Below, piece by piece: positions 27,827-40,194 of a stretch of 64,000 nt of DNA. A program made the translations under genes and the position numbers. The stretch is taken from positions 89,344,001-89,408,000 of the forward strand of contig CM052817.1 in the NCBI GenBank assembly GCA_028534125.1, read 5' to 3'. Under the pieces are notes generated by a model that saw only the letters and a program-made list of their open reading frames with translations, ran no database searches and had not been told where the DNA came from. Within the stretch, counting starts at the first letter, position 1. The number at the start of each line of letters is the position of its first letter. This stretch comes from Lama glama (taxonomy: Eukaryota).

Positions 27827-28856
27827 AAAAAAAAAAATCTTCTACATAGTTCTTTACTTTCTTGGCCACATAGGAGATGATATGAGGAATGTAGCAAAGG
27901 AAACAAAGATTATTGGCATATATATATTTGCTGTTTATGTGGAAAGAAAATTTTTTTCATCAATAAAAGGTGCCCACAATTCCCAACATAGTGATGTTTA
28001 CTCAAAAATGATGTTTATCAAAGTAGAAGGTCCTTGAAGAGATTTTTGAAAATGTAAGGAGCACCTAAAATAACTTTTGCTAATGATTCCAAAGACATAA
28101 TTTACATTTCAAAAATATTGGCTATGAATATGCGGTTTGGTTTTTATGTTTCTACTTTTACATCTTTGTTTTAATGGTTGTTCTAAAGAATGCTTACATT
28201 ACTTTTAGGGTTGGCCTATGTAAATTTCTTCTATTGGCACAGAGTAAAGGAACATTTACAAAACTGGAAAATTTGGATTCCTGTTTTCAAAGTGTTAAAA
28301 AAAGAAAAAAACTGAAGTATCTCTGTGTCAGATATTACTAAATTAATTTTAATACTGGCTATTTTGTTATTTAATTTGGGTTTTGAGCAATAATAATTCT
28401 CAGCAAGAGATTTTTTCTTTATTACTTTTTATAATTTTTTTGGCTTTGTATTTTTGGTTTTTAATTTTAGGCATATGTGACTTTCTTTATTGTGTTAAAT
28501 TAAAATGCTTTTCAGTCTCTGATCATGGTTAAAATTTAAGGAAACATCTGTTTCTTGTGACAGGCTGGTGGAGATTATATTGTGACCACTGTACATTAGA
28601 TATCTTTACCTTTTTTTAAAGATTGTTTCATGATGAAAACCTACACATATAGAGATTTATATTGCTTTTTCTTTCTTTTTTTTTTAACCAACCCAGGTGA
28701 ACATATTTACAGAGTTTTATTCCAGTTATGACCCTAATTAATCTTAGAATAAGTGAAAGAAACAGAACAAAACTCGTTCATTTGAGGGGGTTATTTAAGG
28801 AACTTCAAGCACGGTCATACTTTTAAAAGATTCAAATTACTAAAAACTGCCCCTCT

Positions 28857-29343
28857 GTGGCCCATGCTATATCCATTTTTCTTTTCTTTCTTAACAGAAA
28901 CCAGATTCTGTTTCAGGTGTCGATAAGCTCATTTAAGAAATTATATTTCTCTGATTCTATTGCAGTTAGGAGTGGACATTTGAACAAGTTTGAGCCAATT
29001 AGATTTAAGTACAATTTACCTATAAAGCTCTGTAAACACAGAGACTCATGTGTTATAAACTTTTGTTTATTTTGCCTTATATCTTCTTAAGATTTAGACT
29101 TGATGCCATAAGTGAAATGACCATGTTACCATGAAACACTAAGCATAAGGTCAAAGCCATGTGCTCCAAAGTCTCAGTGGAGAGACAGAGAAAGTCCACA
29201 AGTTCAATGATAATTTAGTGCTGCTACTTCAGGCCCAGTCTGAATACTTTTAGCTTGCTCATATGTGTAAATAATAAAATCATTTATTGGTTTAAAATCA
29301 TCATTTCTATTTACTCACAGCCAAATTTAATCTTATCTGATAG
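28857..29343 (+). mobile_element. MaLR LTR (MLT1I/J-like)
   Basis: attgcagttaggagtggacatttgaacaagttt.agccaat and terminal ttactcacagccaaatttaatcttatctgata. Confidence 0.7.
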
Positions 29344-29750
29344 AATCAGGTGTCATACCAACAACAGTAACAACACACAGAAACAGTAACAACTAAATAA
29401 AAAACTCTATGTTTCTAATGCTAGAAAGGCTAGGTAGAGGAAACCGGGAAAAAGAAAATGAGAGAAATAAGCCTCAGACTGAAGGAAAATGGGACAGATG
29501 TTACCAGATGTGATGCAAGGAAATTGAGGTGGTATAGGAAAATCAATAATCTTCACAATGATACAGAAGTATATATATATTTTTCTTTTTAACAACAGTG
29601 TGAACCACTTACTATCAGCTTTCCAAATACCTACGAAAAAATACAAAGGGAGGAAAAAAACCAATGCATAATCAAAAGTTAAAATATAAACAAAATTAAA
29701 ATTAAATTTTGTACAATTACACAAAAAAGCAAAAACAGGTAAAGTTTCTT

Positions 29751-32728
29751 ATTTTTTCATAATTTTTAAAATGGAAGCATGGTTGAATTCCAATAATATA
29801 TTTGCATCAGGCATACAACATAGTGATTTGAAATTTTTATAGATTATACTCCATATAAAGTTTTTTAAAAAATGCTGGCCATATTCCTAGTTTTGTACAC
29901 TATACACAATATACAATATAACATATTTATATTATACCTAGTAGTTTTTACCTCTTGATCTCTCTCACCTATCTTGCCTTTCTCTCTACCCATCTCCCCT
30001 CTGATAGCCACTAGTTTGTACTATGTTTCAGTGAGTCTGTTTCTGTTTTGTTTTTTATTTCTTGATTTTAATTTTTAGATTCCACATATAAGTGAACACA
30101 TACAGTATTTGTCTTTGTCTGAATTATTTCACTAAGCATAATACCCTCCAGGTCCATTTATGTTGTCATGAATGGCAAAATTTCATTCTCTTTTATGGCT
30201 GAGCAATATTTCTTTGCATATGTAAACCACATCTTCTTGATCTATTTATCTCTTGATGGACACTTAGGTTGCTTCTATATCTTGGCTATTGTAAATAATG
30301 CCGCTATGAACACCAGAGTGCATATATCTTTTTGAATTAATGTTTTCTTTCTTTTGGGTTTTTTTTTTTTGATATATATTTAGCAATGGAATTGCTGGAT
30401 CATAGGAACCCCCATACTGTTTCCCGTAATCACTGTACCAATTTACTTTCCCATCAACAGTGTATTAGGGTTCCCTTTCTCCATATCTTCATCAACTCTT
30501 GTCTTATCTTTCGACAACAGCCATTCTGATAGGTGTAGGGTAGTATTTCCTTGTGGTTTTGATTTGCATGTTCCTGATAATTAGTAATGTTGAGCATCTT
30601 TTCATGTGCCTGTTGGCCATGCGTATGTTTTCTTCAGCAAAATGCCTATTCAGATCCTTTGCCCATTTTTCAATCTGGTTATTTGATTTTTAGACATTGA
30701 ATTGTATGAGTTTGTTACATATTTTGGATATTAACCTCTTATACGAAATATCATTTGCCTTTACCAGTGTGATTTTTCCCTGCATATATTTTCTTATTTC
30801 TTGCTATAGCTTTTCTTTTTCACTTAAAGAAAATTCTTTACATTTTTTATAAGGTCAATTTATTGGTAATGAACTTTTAGTTTTTGCTTGTCCAGGAAAC
30901 TCCTTATCTCTTTCAATCTGGATAAATCTTGCTAGATAAAGTATTTTAGGTTGTAGGTTGTTTTCTCTTTGGCACTTCAAATATATCATGCCATTCCCTT
31001 CTGGCCTGCAAAGTTTCTGCTGAAAAATCAGGTGATAGCCATATGGGTAGTCCCTTACATGTGACTCATTGTTCTTCTCTATCTGCCTTTAAGATTATCT
31101 CATTAAATTTTACCATTGTAATTATATGTCTTGGTATTGATCTCTTTGGGTTCATCTTGCTTTGAATTCTGTGCTTCCTGCACTCAGATATCTTTCCTTC
31201 TTCAGATTATGGCAGAATTTCATCAAACACATTTTCTGTCCATTTCTCTCTCTCTTCTCCTTCTGTGACCCCTATATTATAAATATTGGTATGCTTGATA
31301 TTGTACTAGAGAGCTCTTAAACTATCCTCACTTTGTTTTTTTGTTTGTTTGTTTGTTTTTTCTTTTTTGCTGTTCTGACTGGGTAATTTCCACTATTCTA
31401 TCTTCCAGGTCATGTATACATTCTTCTGATCATTTAACCTGATGTTAATTCCTTCTAGTATATTTTTCATTTCCATTATCATATTCTTCAGTTCCAACTG
31501 GTTCTTTTTTATATTTTCTAGCTCTTTGTTCAAGTTCTAACTGTGTTCCTCTATTCTTTTCCTTAGTTCAGTTAGCATTTCTATTACTGTTCCTTTGAAC
31601 TCTTTAGCAAGTAAATGATTTATCTTCACTTCATTAAGGTTTCTTCATAGGTTTTTATCTTGTTCTTTCATTTGAAACAAATTCCTCTGTCTTCTTATTC
31701 TGTTCGGCTTTCTCTGTCTCCATGAAATTAGGTGAATTAGTTACCAATCCCACTCTTGAAGGCATGTCCTTATGTGGAAACATCGACTGTGTGTGCCCAG
31801 TGGCTTTGGTGGGAGAGCTGGATCTGATGCACTGCCCATGTCTTCTCCCTGAGTGTGCTGGCCGCTGCCCCCTTGGTGGGAAGTAGAGCTGGGTCAGAGG
31901 AGAGAGAAGCAAAGCCAAGTGTGAGCTGAAGCTTTTCCCAAGCTCAATGGAAATCTCTGCCTTGGTTGGGGGCCAGGCCAGGGCTCAAGGAGCTGGAGCA
32001 GCACTTCTGAGCTGACGTTACTTTTCCCCAGTGCAGTGCATGTGCGATGGCAATGCTGGTCTCTGCCTTCGTTAGGGGAGGATTTTGGCCTGAGGATTTG
32101 GAGCTGCACCTCTGTATCGGTTCCACTTTTTCCTCCGTTGTGTGAGCTTGCACAATTGCAATGGCAGTCTCTGCCTTAGTAGGCAGTAATGCCAGGGCAG
32201 AAGGAGCTGGAGCAGGAGCTTGGTGAGGGTTGTAAGCCATGCTAGGGTGGTCCTGGAAGGCTGACCAGAGCACCAGTCAGTTTCTAATCTGATGTCTCTT
32301 TTCTGGGACTGGGAGCAAACAAGTTTGTGTGTATGCTCTTCAAGAGCAGCATCTCGGTTTCTTACAGCCCTCTGATAAGCCCCACTGGTTTTCAAGCCAG
32401 CAAAGAGGGCTCACCTTCCCAGTGTTGGACCCCAGGGCTGGTGTGCCTGATATGCTGCTCAAATCCCTTGCTTCTCAGGGAAGTCAGAGATATCCCCCTC
32501 TTCTTCTGGATTGCCTGCTAGGGATGTGGGTCTGGACTAGATTGCTACTCCTTCTCCTCTACCAGATTCCTTGTAGCTTTTTCTTTATAGCTTTGGTTGG
32601 AGAACAGCCATTCTGCTAGTCTTCAGGTCATTCTCAGTGAGGGTTGTTCTATAAGGAGTTGTAGTTTTGACGTGTCCCTGCAAGGAAGTGAGCTCAGAGT
32701 CTCCCTCCTCCACCATGTTGATCCCACC
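29751..32728 (-). mobile_element. Internally deleted L1 (5'UTR + ORF1 + last about 0.65 kb of ORF2 + 3'UTR); half-L1/HAL1-like architecture
   Basis: 5' end ggtgggatcaacatgg at about 32728, homologous to the start of the L1 at 426. GC-rich 5'UTR. ORF1 remnant about 31720-30810. Direct junction to late ORF2 at 30753-30758. 3'UTR and T-tract at about 29751. TSD TAAAGTTTCTT at 29740-29750 and 32739-32749. Confidence 0.9.
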
Positions 32729-33685
32729 TTTTTTAATCTAAAGTTTCTTTTTCAAGGAGAACAATAATCAGCTGCCCTATTTATGTGTCTCAAAATTTCT
32801 GAAAAAACTGCGGCTGAAAAGTTTTGTCATTCAAACTGAAATAATTCTGTTGAATAGTTCTATGGTCAGGATCTGCCTAAATAAAGACAATGAGATCATA
32901 TTACTTGTAAATTAATGCTGTTCAGTACAATAAACATGAGCCTTCAAGCCCAAAGCAAGTAAGAAAGGTAAATGATTTTATGAACAAATAAAGCTTAATG
33001 AGCATTATGCCTTCCTGAATGGTGTCTTTCTCATTTCAGATTTTGATATGGAATTAAATGTGGAGATAAAACAATTATTTAATCAGGATGCATTCTCAGA
33101 TGTGGGTATTACTAAAGTCTAAATTACTAAGTATGAACAATGCTGTGAGTGATTTGAAAATGCTAATTAGTCTGATCTGTTTTTGCCATGTTTGCAAAAT
33201 TGAAAGTAAGCTACATTAATCTTATGTTTTAGTCAACCGTAAACTCACATTAAAAAAAATAGTATTAGTCATTACTGCAAAGCATCACTGTAATACAGAC
33301 TTTTCCAAGTGTTATTTACCTACCTGCTACAAAGCTAGGTTAATTCAAGAATGAACAAAGAAATCTTTTGGTTGATTCCATCTTGGTTTAACACTTGAAG
33401 TAAAAGATCCAAAAGGTTCCAAAAGGATTCAAAAAAACCAAAAGGTTCAAAGTTGCTCAAATGTTGAGCAATTATAGTGCTCAACCTCATTAAGCCAAGT
33501 TGTGTTTAGAAATGCTTTTTCTGCTTCTTGTACCTCATACTTATTTCACTTAATCGAAGGGACACGGTAAGTATAAGGAATCTACTTATAATAAAAATAG
33601 TCCAAGAAAGTTAATTCATCATGGTAGTATTACGGGTATATTACATGTCACTAAAAGAAATCACTTTAATTGATTTGCATATGTT

Positions 33686-34640
33686 GACCTAAACAAGCAA
33701 TTCTCCAAGGAAGAAATACAAACGATCAATAGGCACATGAAAAAATGCTCTATATCACTAATGATCAGAGAAATGCAAATCAAAACTATAATGAGGTAAC
33801 ACCTCACACCAGTCAGAATGGCCATCATTTAAAAGTCCACAAATGACAAATGCTGGAGAGGCTGTGGAGAAAAGGGAACCCTCCTACATTACTGGTGGGA
33901 ATGCAGTTTGGCACAGCCATGGTGGAAAACAGCATGGAGATTCCTCAAAAGACTAGGAATAGACTTACTGCATGACGCAGGAATCCCACTCCTGGGCATA
34001 TATCCAGAAGGAACCCTACTTCAAAATGACACCTGCACCCCAATGTTCATAGCAGNNNNNNNNNNNNNNNNNNNNNNNNNNNNNNNNNNNNNNNNNNNNN
34101 NNNNNNNNNNNNNNNNNNNNNNNNNNNNNNNNNNNNNNNNNNNNNNNNNNNNNNNNNNNNNNNNNNNNNNNNNNNNNNNNNNNNNNNNNNNNNNNNNNNN
34201 NNNNNNNNNNNNNNNNNNNNNNNNNNNNNNNNNNNNNNNNNNNNNNNNNNNNNNNNNNNNNNNNNNNNNNNNNNNNNNNNNNNNNNNNNNNNNNNNNNNN
34301 NNNNNNNNNNNNNNNNNNNNNNNNNNNNNNNNNNNNNNNNNNNNNNNNNNNNNNNNNNNNNNNNNNNNNNNNNNNNNNNNNNNNNNNNNNNNNNNNNNNN
34401 NNNNNNNNNNNNNNNNNNNNNNNNNNNNNNNNNNNNNNNNNNNNNNNNNNNNNNNNNNNNNNNNNNNNNNNNNNNNNNNNNNNNNNNNNNNNNNNNNNNN
34501 NNNNNNNNNNNNNNNNNNNNNNNNNNNNNNNNNNNNNNNNNNNNNNNNNNNNNNNTGTTCATATATAACTGAAAAATTGTGCTCTACACTGGAATTTGAC
34601 ACAACATTGTAAAATGACTATAACTCAATAAAAAATGTTT
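33686..34640 (+). mobile_element. Young 5'-truncated L1 (camelid L1-1_Vpa-like 3' end) spanning an assembly gap
   Basis: Nearly undiverged ORF2 C-terminus (WWKTAWRFLKRLGIDLLHDAGIPLLGIYP...TCTPMFIA) and 3' end acacaacattgtaaaatgactataactcaataaaaaa. Confidence 0.9.
34056..34555. other. Assembly gap (500 N)
   Basis: Run of exactly 500 N. Confidence 1.
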
Positions 34641-36129
34641 ATATAAATAAAAGGAAAACACTAATATTATTAATATCTGGAATTCAGTTCATGAAAATGG
34701 AAAACTGTGTTCTCCTATTGAACTTACAAAACAATCTTCCCTAAAAGAAAAAAAAATAATGTGAAAGCTTTAATTGTAAGATCTCAAAAACATGCTAGCA
34801 TGTATCCTTGAAATGTTGTCTTATACAGTAGGTTGTAAATGACAAGAGAGTTGATGTGACAAATAGTGCTACTGATGCAGAAATAATTGTTTTGAATTGT
34901 TTTTGAATGTTGAGAAGTCAAAGGACAAAGAGGACAATATATTAAAATAATTTTTAAAAAATCTAATGAAGAATGACAAATACTTTTGGAAGGCAGTTAG
35001 TGGAAAGTATCTCTGTCAGCTGACTGTTAGAAGTTCTATTTGATGTCTGAGACTAAGCACTAGGATACAAGAGCTGGATTTGACTTTGACATCTAAAATC
35101 TTGAATTGTACTTCATGTGAGAAACTGGATCATAATTCTTAGAAGAATGTGTCTTGTTTATGGAGCACATTGTTTGATATCCAAACATTATCCTCCTCAT
35201 ATCTCAGCATCTGGAAGAAAACCAACTGCATATCATCCAGATATGAAAAATTCAATTACCAATATAATTGTATGCAAAATACCTATACTGTTCTCCAGAA
35301 TTGTTTGGCAAAATGAGAAAAAAGCTTCAGTTTAACAAAACACTGCAGTTTAGAATTTAAGTTAGTTAATGTAAGTGACCTGTGTAAACAAATGATCTGT
35401 TGAGTTTTGTAAAAGATAGACTTTCCCAAAATACATTAACATGGCTTACTGCCTTTTCCAGAGAATCACATTTTAGTTAATATGAATGTATCCTGAAGTT
35501 AAAGACATTATGATATAGCCTCTATTTAATGAGGAGAAAAAACATATGTTGAAATAAGCTCATATTGGGACTAAATGATCTAAAAATAATTGATATTAAT
35601 TTCCTCGGTCTATATTTATATTAGCCATATTTTTACTGTATTAGCACACTGAGATAGACACCAGTGAAACCCATGCAAGCCCCATTTTCCATAGGAAATA
35701 AACTCACACACAATATTATTTATGATCCTCATAATTATGTTGCCCAAAAGTAACCCCTGGATATTACTTTCTAAAATTATAAATCAGAGACTTTCCTCAA
35801 TATTTTATTTCACAGCATTCTAGCAAAGAAATTTGAGACCAAGTAGAAAGCACACTCAGTTAATACTGGATATTATTAAAATCTGTCAGTGGAATATGGT
35901 GCTCGGTTAGGACTAGTTGGAATCAGTGAACAATGTAAGTGGACAAATGTTACAGGAATAAAGGAACCAGCCCATAGGTAGCACTTTGGCTCTTCTAGGC
36001 TATTTTAACAGGAATTCAGGGTTTCAGTCCTTGTTTAGAGGACAGGTCTCTCTCTTGGCAAGGTGAGGAAAAGTTACAGGAGTCAGAAAATAACAAAAAC
36101 AAAAACAAAAACAGAAGGTTAATGAAAGA

Positions 36130-36390
36130 ATGAAATCACCCATGATAGCCTATTTGGCCTAGAAATGACAGAAGGGAGATCAATATCAGCTGTTTAATGG
36201 AGGGTAGATACAGGTTTTTAAGTGGTAATATAGAAACAAACATGATTGACTAGACTTTTTATTAGTGAAGAAGGGAAATCAGAAATTAGCAAATATTCTT
36301 CAAGTGAATTAATCCACACACCATTTGAAAGTTATTATTATGACTACCGAAGAGAAAACTTCAAGTGGCAGAGGCTAGGTAACATCCTTA
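36130..36390 (+). mobile_element. Possible L3/CR1 3' remnant
   Basis: ctatttggcctagaaatgacagaagggagatcaatatcagctgtt and ttcaagtggcagaggctaggtaacatc resemble the CR1 3' region. Confidence 0.35.
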
Positions 36391-36619
36391 GCAGCACAGT
36401 TCTAACGTGACTCAAGTTTTGTTTTATCCCCATGACTTAACCACGGTACCACACTGCCTTTCTAAAATGAGGCTTTCAAGATAAGAAGTTTGAGAGTAGA
36501 GGCTCAACCCCTGAAAGAGACAAAAACAATCAAATGGACAGGAAAAAGGGAGAACTCCCCCTTTCTTTGGGCCTAGACAGGCTTTGTTCATGTCTCTCCC
36601 CACATGTTTTAGTGCTCTC

Positions 36620-36990
36620 TGCTTGTTTTATTAAGATAAACTAAAATAAAGATAAGAAAAAGAAAAGAAGATAATAAAAAATTAAAAACTACTATAAAAA
36701 ATAGATAACATAAAAAGGAAATAATTAAAACAAAGCCTAAAGGTGGTAAGAAGAAACTAGGTAAATAAGTAATATAAGAACAAAGTAAACATGAGATAAA
36801 AGTCTTGCAAAAATGTACGAAAAGATAAATCAACTAAGAACAATTAACACTGACATTATAAAAACAAAAGGACTAAAAGATTAAAAGGAAAAAATAAATA
36901 TGCAAAAAAATTTAAATTAATTCAAATAATAAGAAGAAAATAAACTAGGGCATAAAATGCTAACTGGAATAAAAGAAAGGAAATAGTACT
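36620..36990 (+). repeat. A-rich low-complexity tract (likely decayed L1 ORF2)
   Basis: Strongly A-biased, no clear period. Confidence 0.6.
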
Positions 36991-39900
36991 ACAAGCTCTA
37001 AAGTTTAACACAGGCATATATTTGTGTGCTTAGAGAGAAAATTACTGAACACGTTAAGTGTATGCTATTCAAAATTGTGCTCTTGACACGGAGGGGCCTA
37101 GCAATGTCTTCTTGGTTTGAAATCCTCTGGAAAATCTGCAGAGAGATCTTGACCATTCCTTTCTTCCCTGACCTCCCTCTCCAGTCCAATCTGTGCTCAG
37201 AGATGCTGATCAGCCCTCAAATTGCTTCCACTGAATTCCCTGCTGGGTACCCACAGGCACACAGATCCTTGCTTCCCTTGAGATATTCTTTTTCAGCCAA
37301 GAGCTAGTCTTTGCCAAGAAGAGTTAGCAGAATGCCATTGAAAAGTTAATCTAAGAAACTGAAATGCTATTTCCCTTAGCTTCAAAACATTGTTCGAAAT
37401 GGGCTGGTCTTTTGGTAAGTCTTATTAAAAGTTCTAGTTATTACATCAACAGCGTAAGAATTTATGCCTTTACACATGTTGTATCTTACACAGAAGAAAA
37501 ATAAATACACAGCAGGATAATATGGTGATGTATTACCTGAAGCAGTCTTTTCTCCAACATCACCCCTCCGTCTGTCACCTTTCATTTTTGTCATGAGGCA
37601 TGAGCCAATGGAAGCTGTTGGAGAGGGACCTGAGAACATATGTGGGGAATATTTAACTTCTGAGCAAAAAAGCTGCCGATCTAGATTGAAGTCTGATATA
37701 TTTAAGAAAAAACCCAAATAGTGAAAGCTTTTACTATAATTGCTGCTCTCTTTTTCTAAATACATTAAGATCCACAGAACTATGGAAGAGAAAGATGGGA
37801 AATCAAGGAAAAGGAGGATTCCGTGTTACAGGGGACACTATATACCCTTCTCCCAATTCCTGGAAATAGGTCCTGGGGAGAAGGCTTATTCCACTTTATT
37901 TTAAGGAATTACATTGGATAGAGCCCATTATTCAGACACCAGGATACAAGTAAGATTAATAAAGAAGACTCTTACTGGCATTAAGTTGTAGTTGTAGAGT
38001 AGAACAGTGGTATTATGTGTGTAGACACAAGAGGACTGGAGACATTTCCCAAACTCTCTCACAGAATTGTGACCTAGTAGATACGGCCCAAATAGCAAGC
38101 TAGCAAGGAACTTCATTTCAAATTACACATACTTAGTTTGAATAGTACCTGCAGGATGTGAATAAAGATGCAGCTATGTTTCAGAAAGGCACACCAGGGA
38201 CCAGATTTGAAACAAGTCAACAGCACAGATTGACTATTGAGTCATTCTCTGCCTCACCTAGCATTACTGAGCAGAGGATCAGACAGGCTGATTTTAGTGT
38301 GGATAGAAGATAAGCTTCTAGCAAGGAAAACATCCCCTCCTTCCACAAAATACCATGCTTTAAGTTGGGTGGGACAAGATATTCCAGAGTTTTGAAGAAC
38401 ATCAAAGATAATAAGATTGCATTAGTACTGAATGCCCCCATTAAAGATACTCCTTGGTGTTTTTTGCCTGCCTAGAAATGGAATGGACTTATCACATCCC
38501 CATTTGGATTTGCTATCTTGCAGCATGAATTTTGTTCTCCTATCTTATCTATATGTATGCTATCTTCCTCTTTATTTGTTTACCTTTTGCTTCCCTTGGG
38601 TATGTTTGTAGATTCTGGAGCAGGAAAGGAAGATAACGAAGATGAGGTGTGGGAGAAAAATCATTAAAACACCATTTAGGGAAATTTGAATGAAAATATC
38701 AACTATTACCAAACCAGACTAGCCAAAATGACATAAGGTTGTATTTATAATAATTCCATCTGCAGTCCTACAAATAATTCCCTACTGAAACATCTACAAT
38801 AGCACTGGATAATGAAAACACTCTATTTCAAGCACAAAATGTACATTAAGTGTCATGCCTTATAAATTCTGCATTCTGCTCCATAATATATTTATTTTCT
38901 ATAAAAAATATAAATATTTAAATGCATAAAAATCAAAGAAAAGATTTCTACCTTTGATAAATGGCTGCTAGGTTCTTACTTCATCTTTTAATTTTCAAAA
39001 CTTGAATGATTCCAGTAATTCTATTTCTGGTTCTTGTGACAAATGTGGCATTCCATTAGACAGCTGAATTGAGAAAGTGGGTCCCAGAGGGAATAAAAAG
39101 CCACCATTTTATGATTCACAATCATGTAGCAATGCTACAAGCAACAAAAACTTGGTCTTTGCTTTAAGAAATTACCTCAAGAGGAATATCTGAATTTGTA
39201 CTCTTCTGCTAGGGTTATTGCTTGAGAAACACAAGGGTATGATTTATGAATCAATATTTGATAGAACATTCTCATTAATATTCTGGATTGAGAATAATAA
39301 AACGTGAGTATAAAATTAGAACCCCTTCATGGCTATTGTCATGCAATGGAGGAACCACACAATCAATGGTCATTCCAACATAATGCAGAACACAGAAGTG
39401 CTTCAGATCATTGAAAACATCTTACTGTGAGGTCATGTGGCTCTAACTTGCCTGCCCTGTGGTTCAAGGTACTGCTGCAAGTGCTTCACCTCCAACCACC
39501 AACTACAAACAAAGCAGCAAATTAACTATTTCAACCAAAACAATTTGGGCCTTACAGGACATGGCTCTGCCTTGGGTACTGTTGGCTCAAGGGCCTGCAT
39601 AGCCTTACCTAACTGACTAACGGGACTTAATCCACATTATCGATTTCCTTGTTAATACCCGAGGTAGGAGCCGTTGGGTAATACCTGCGGTGGGAGCCAC
39701 TGTGATAATCAATCATATCCTCAATTCTCATTTCAGTACCATTTTCCATTTTCTGATGGTCTTTCTTCATTTCTCTTGTAAAAATTCTCTCAGTAAAATG
39801 TGAAATCTTACTCCATGGTTAAGAACCTACCCTATATTCTCAAATATTTCTCCAATGGTTCACTCTTTCTGTCTGTCTTAATTGGGGCATTTCCCACAAG

Positions 39901-40194
39901 GATAGTTCCTCGCCGTGCAGCCATATTAAAAGAAGAATGTTTCTTCTTTCAGAATCCAAATATCTCAGATCAGGAGAAGTAAACAACTAACACTGTTGAA
40001 CATGTTTTCATGTACCCACCAGCCTTTTGAATAGCTATACTGATTTTTAAGTGAATGTCTTATGATCCAAAATTTATCATGTTATTTAAAATGCAAAAAT
40101 TGTATTATTTTCTTTTTTGTATTTCTCATGTAGCTTGTAAAATGTTTACTCTAATAAATAAAAAATCCATTATAAGTTCTTTTGCATCTTAAAT

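Noticed and set aside
31655..32619. Cluster of ORFs on both strands
   Set aside because: GC-rich 5'UTR of the deleted L1; chance ORFs
33402..33450. Degenerate 10-mer repeat AAAAGGTTCC
   Set aside because: Short slippage repeat with no spacers; not CRISPR-like and no evident function
33908..34612. Long ORFs (234, 193 and 171 aa) in the ORF track
   Set aside because: Artefacts of reading through the 500-N gap inside an L1
37382..37765. 127-aa minus-strand ORF
   Set aside because: No recognisable domain or gene context; only the internal 93-nt exon-like part is kept as a speculative finding
39833..39924. Minus-strand ATG giving MAARRG..., like the DTYMK N-terminus
   Set aside because: Similarity stops after six residues and the frame closes after 30 codons
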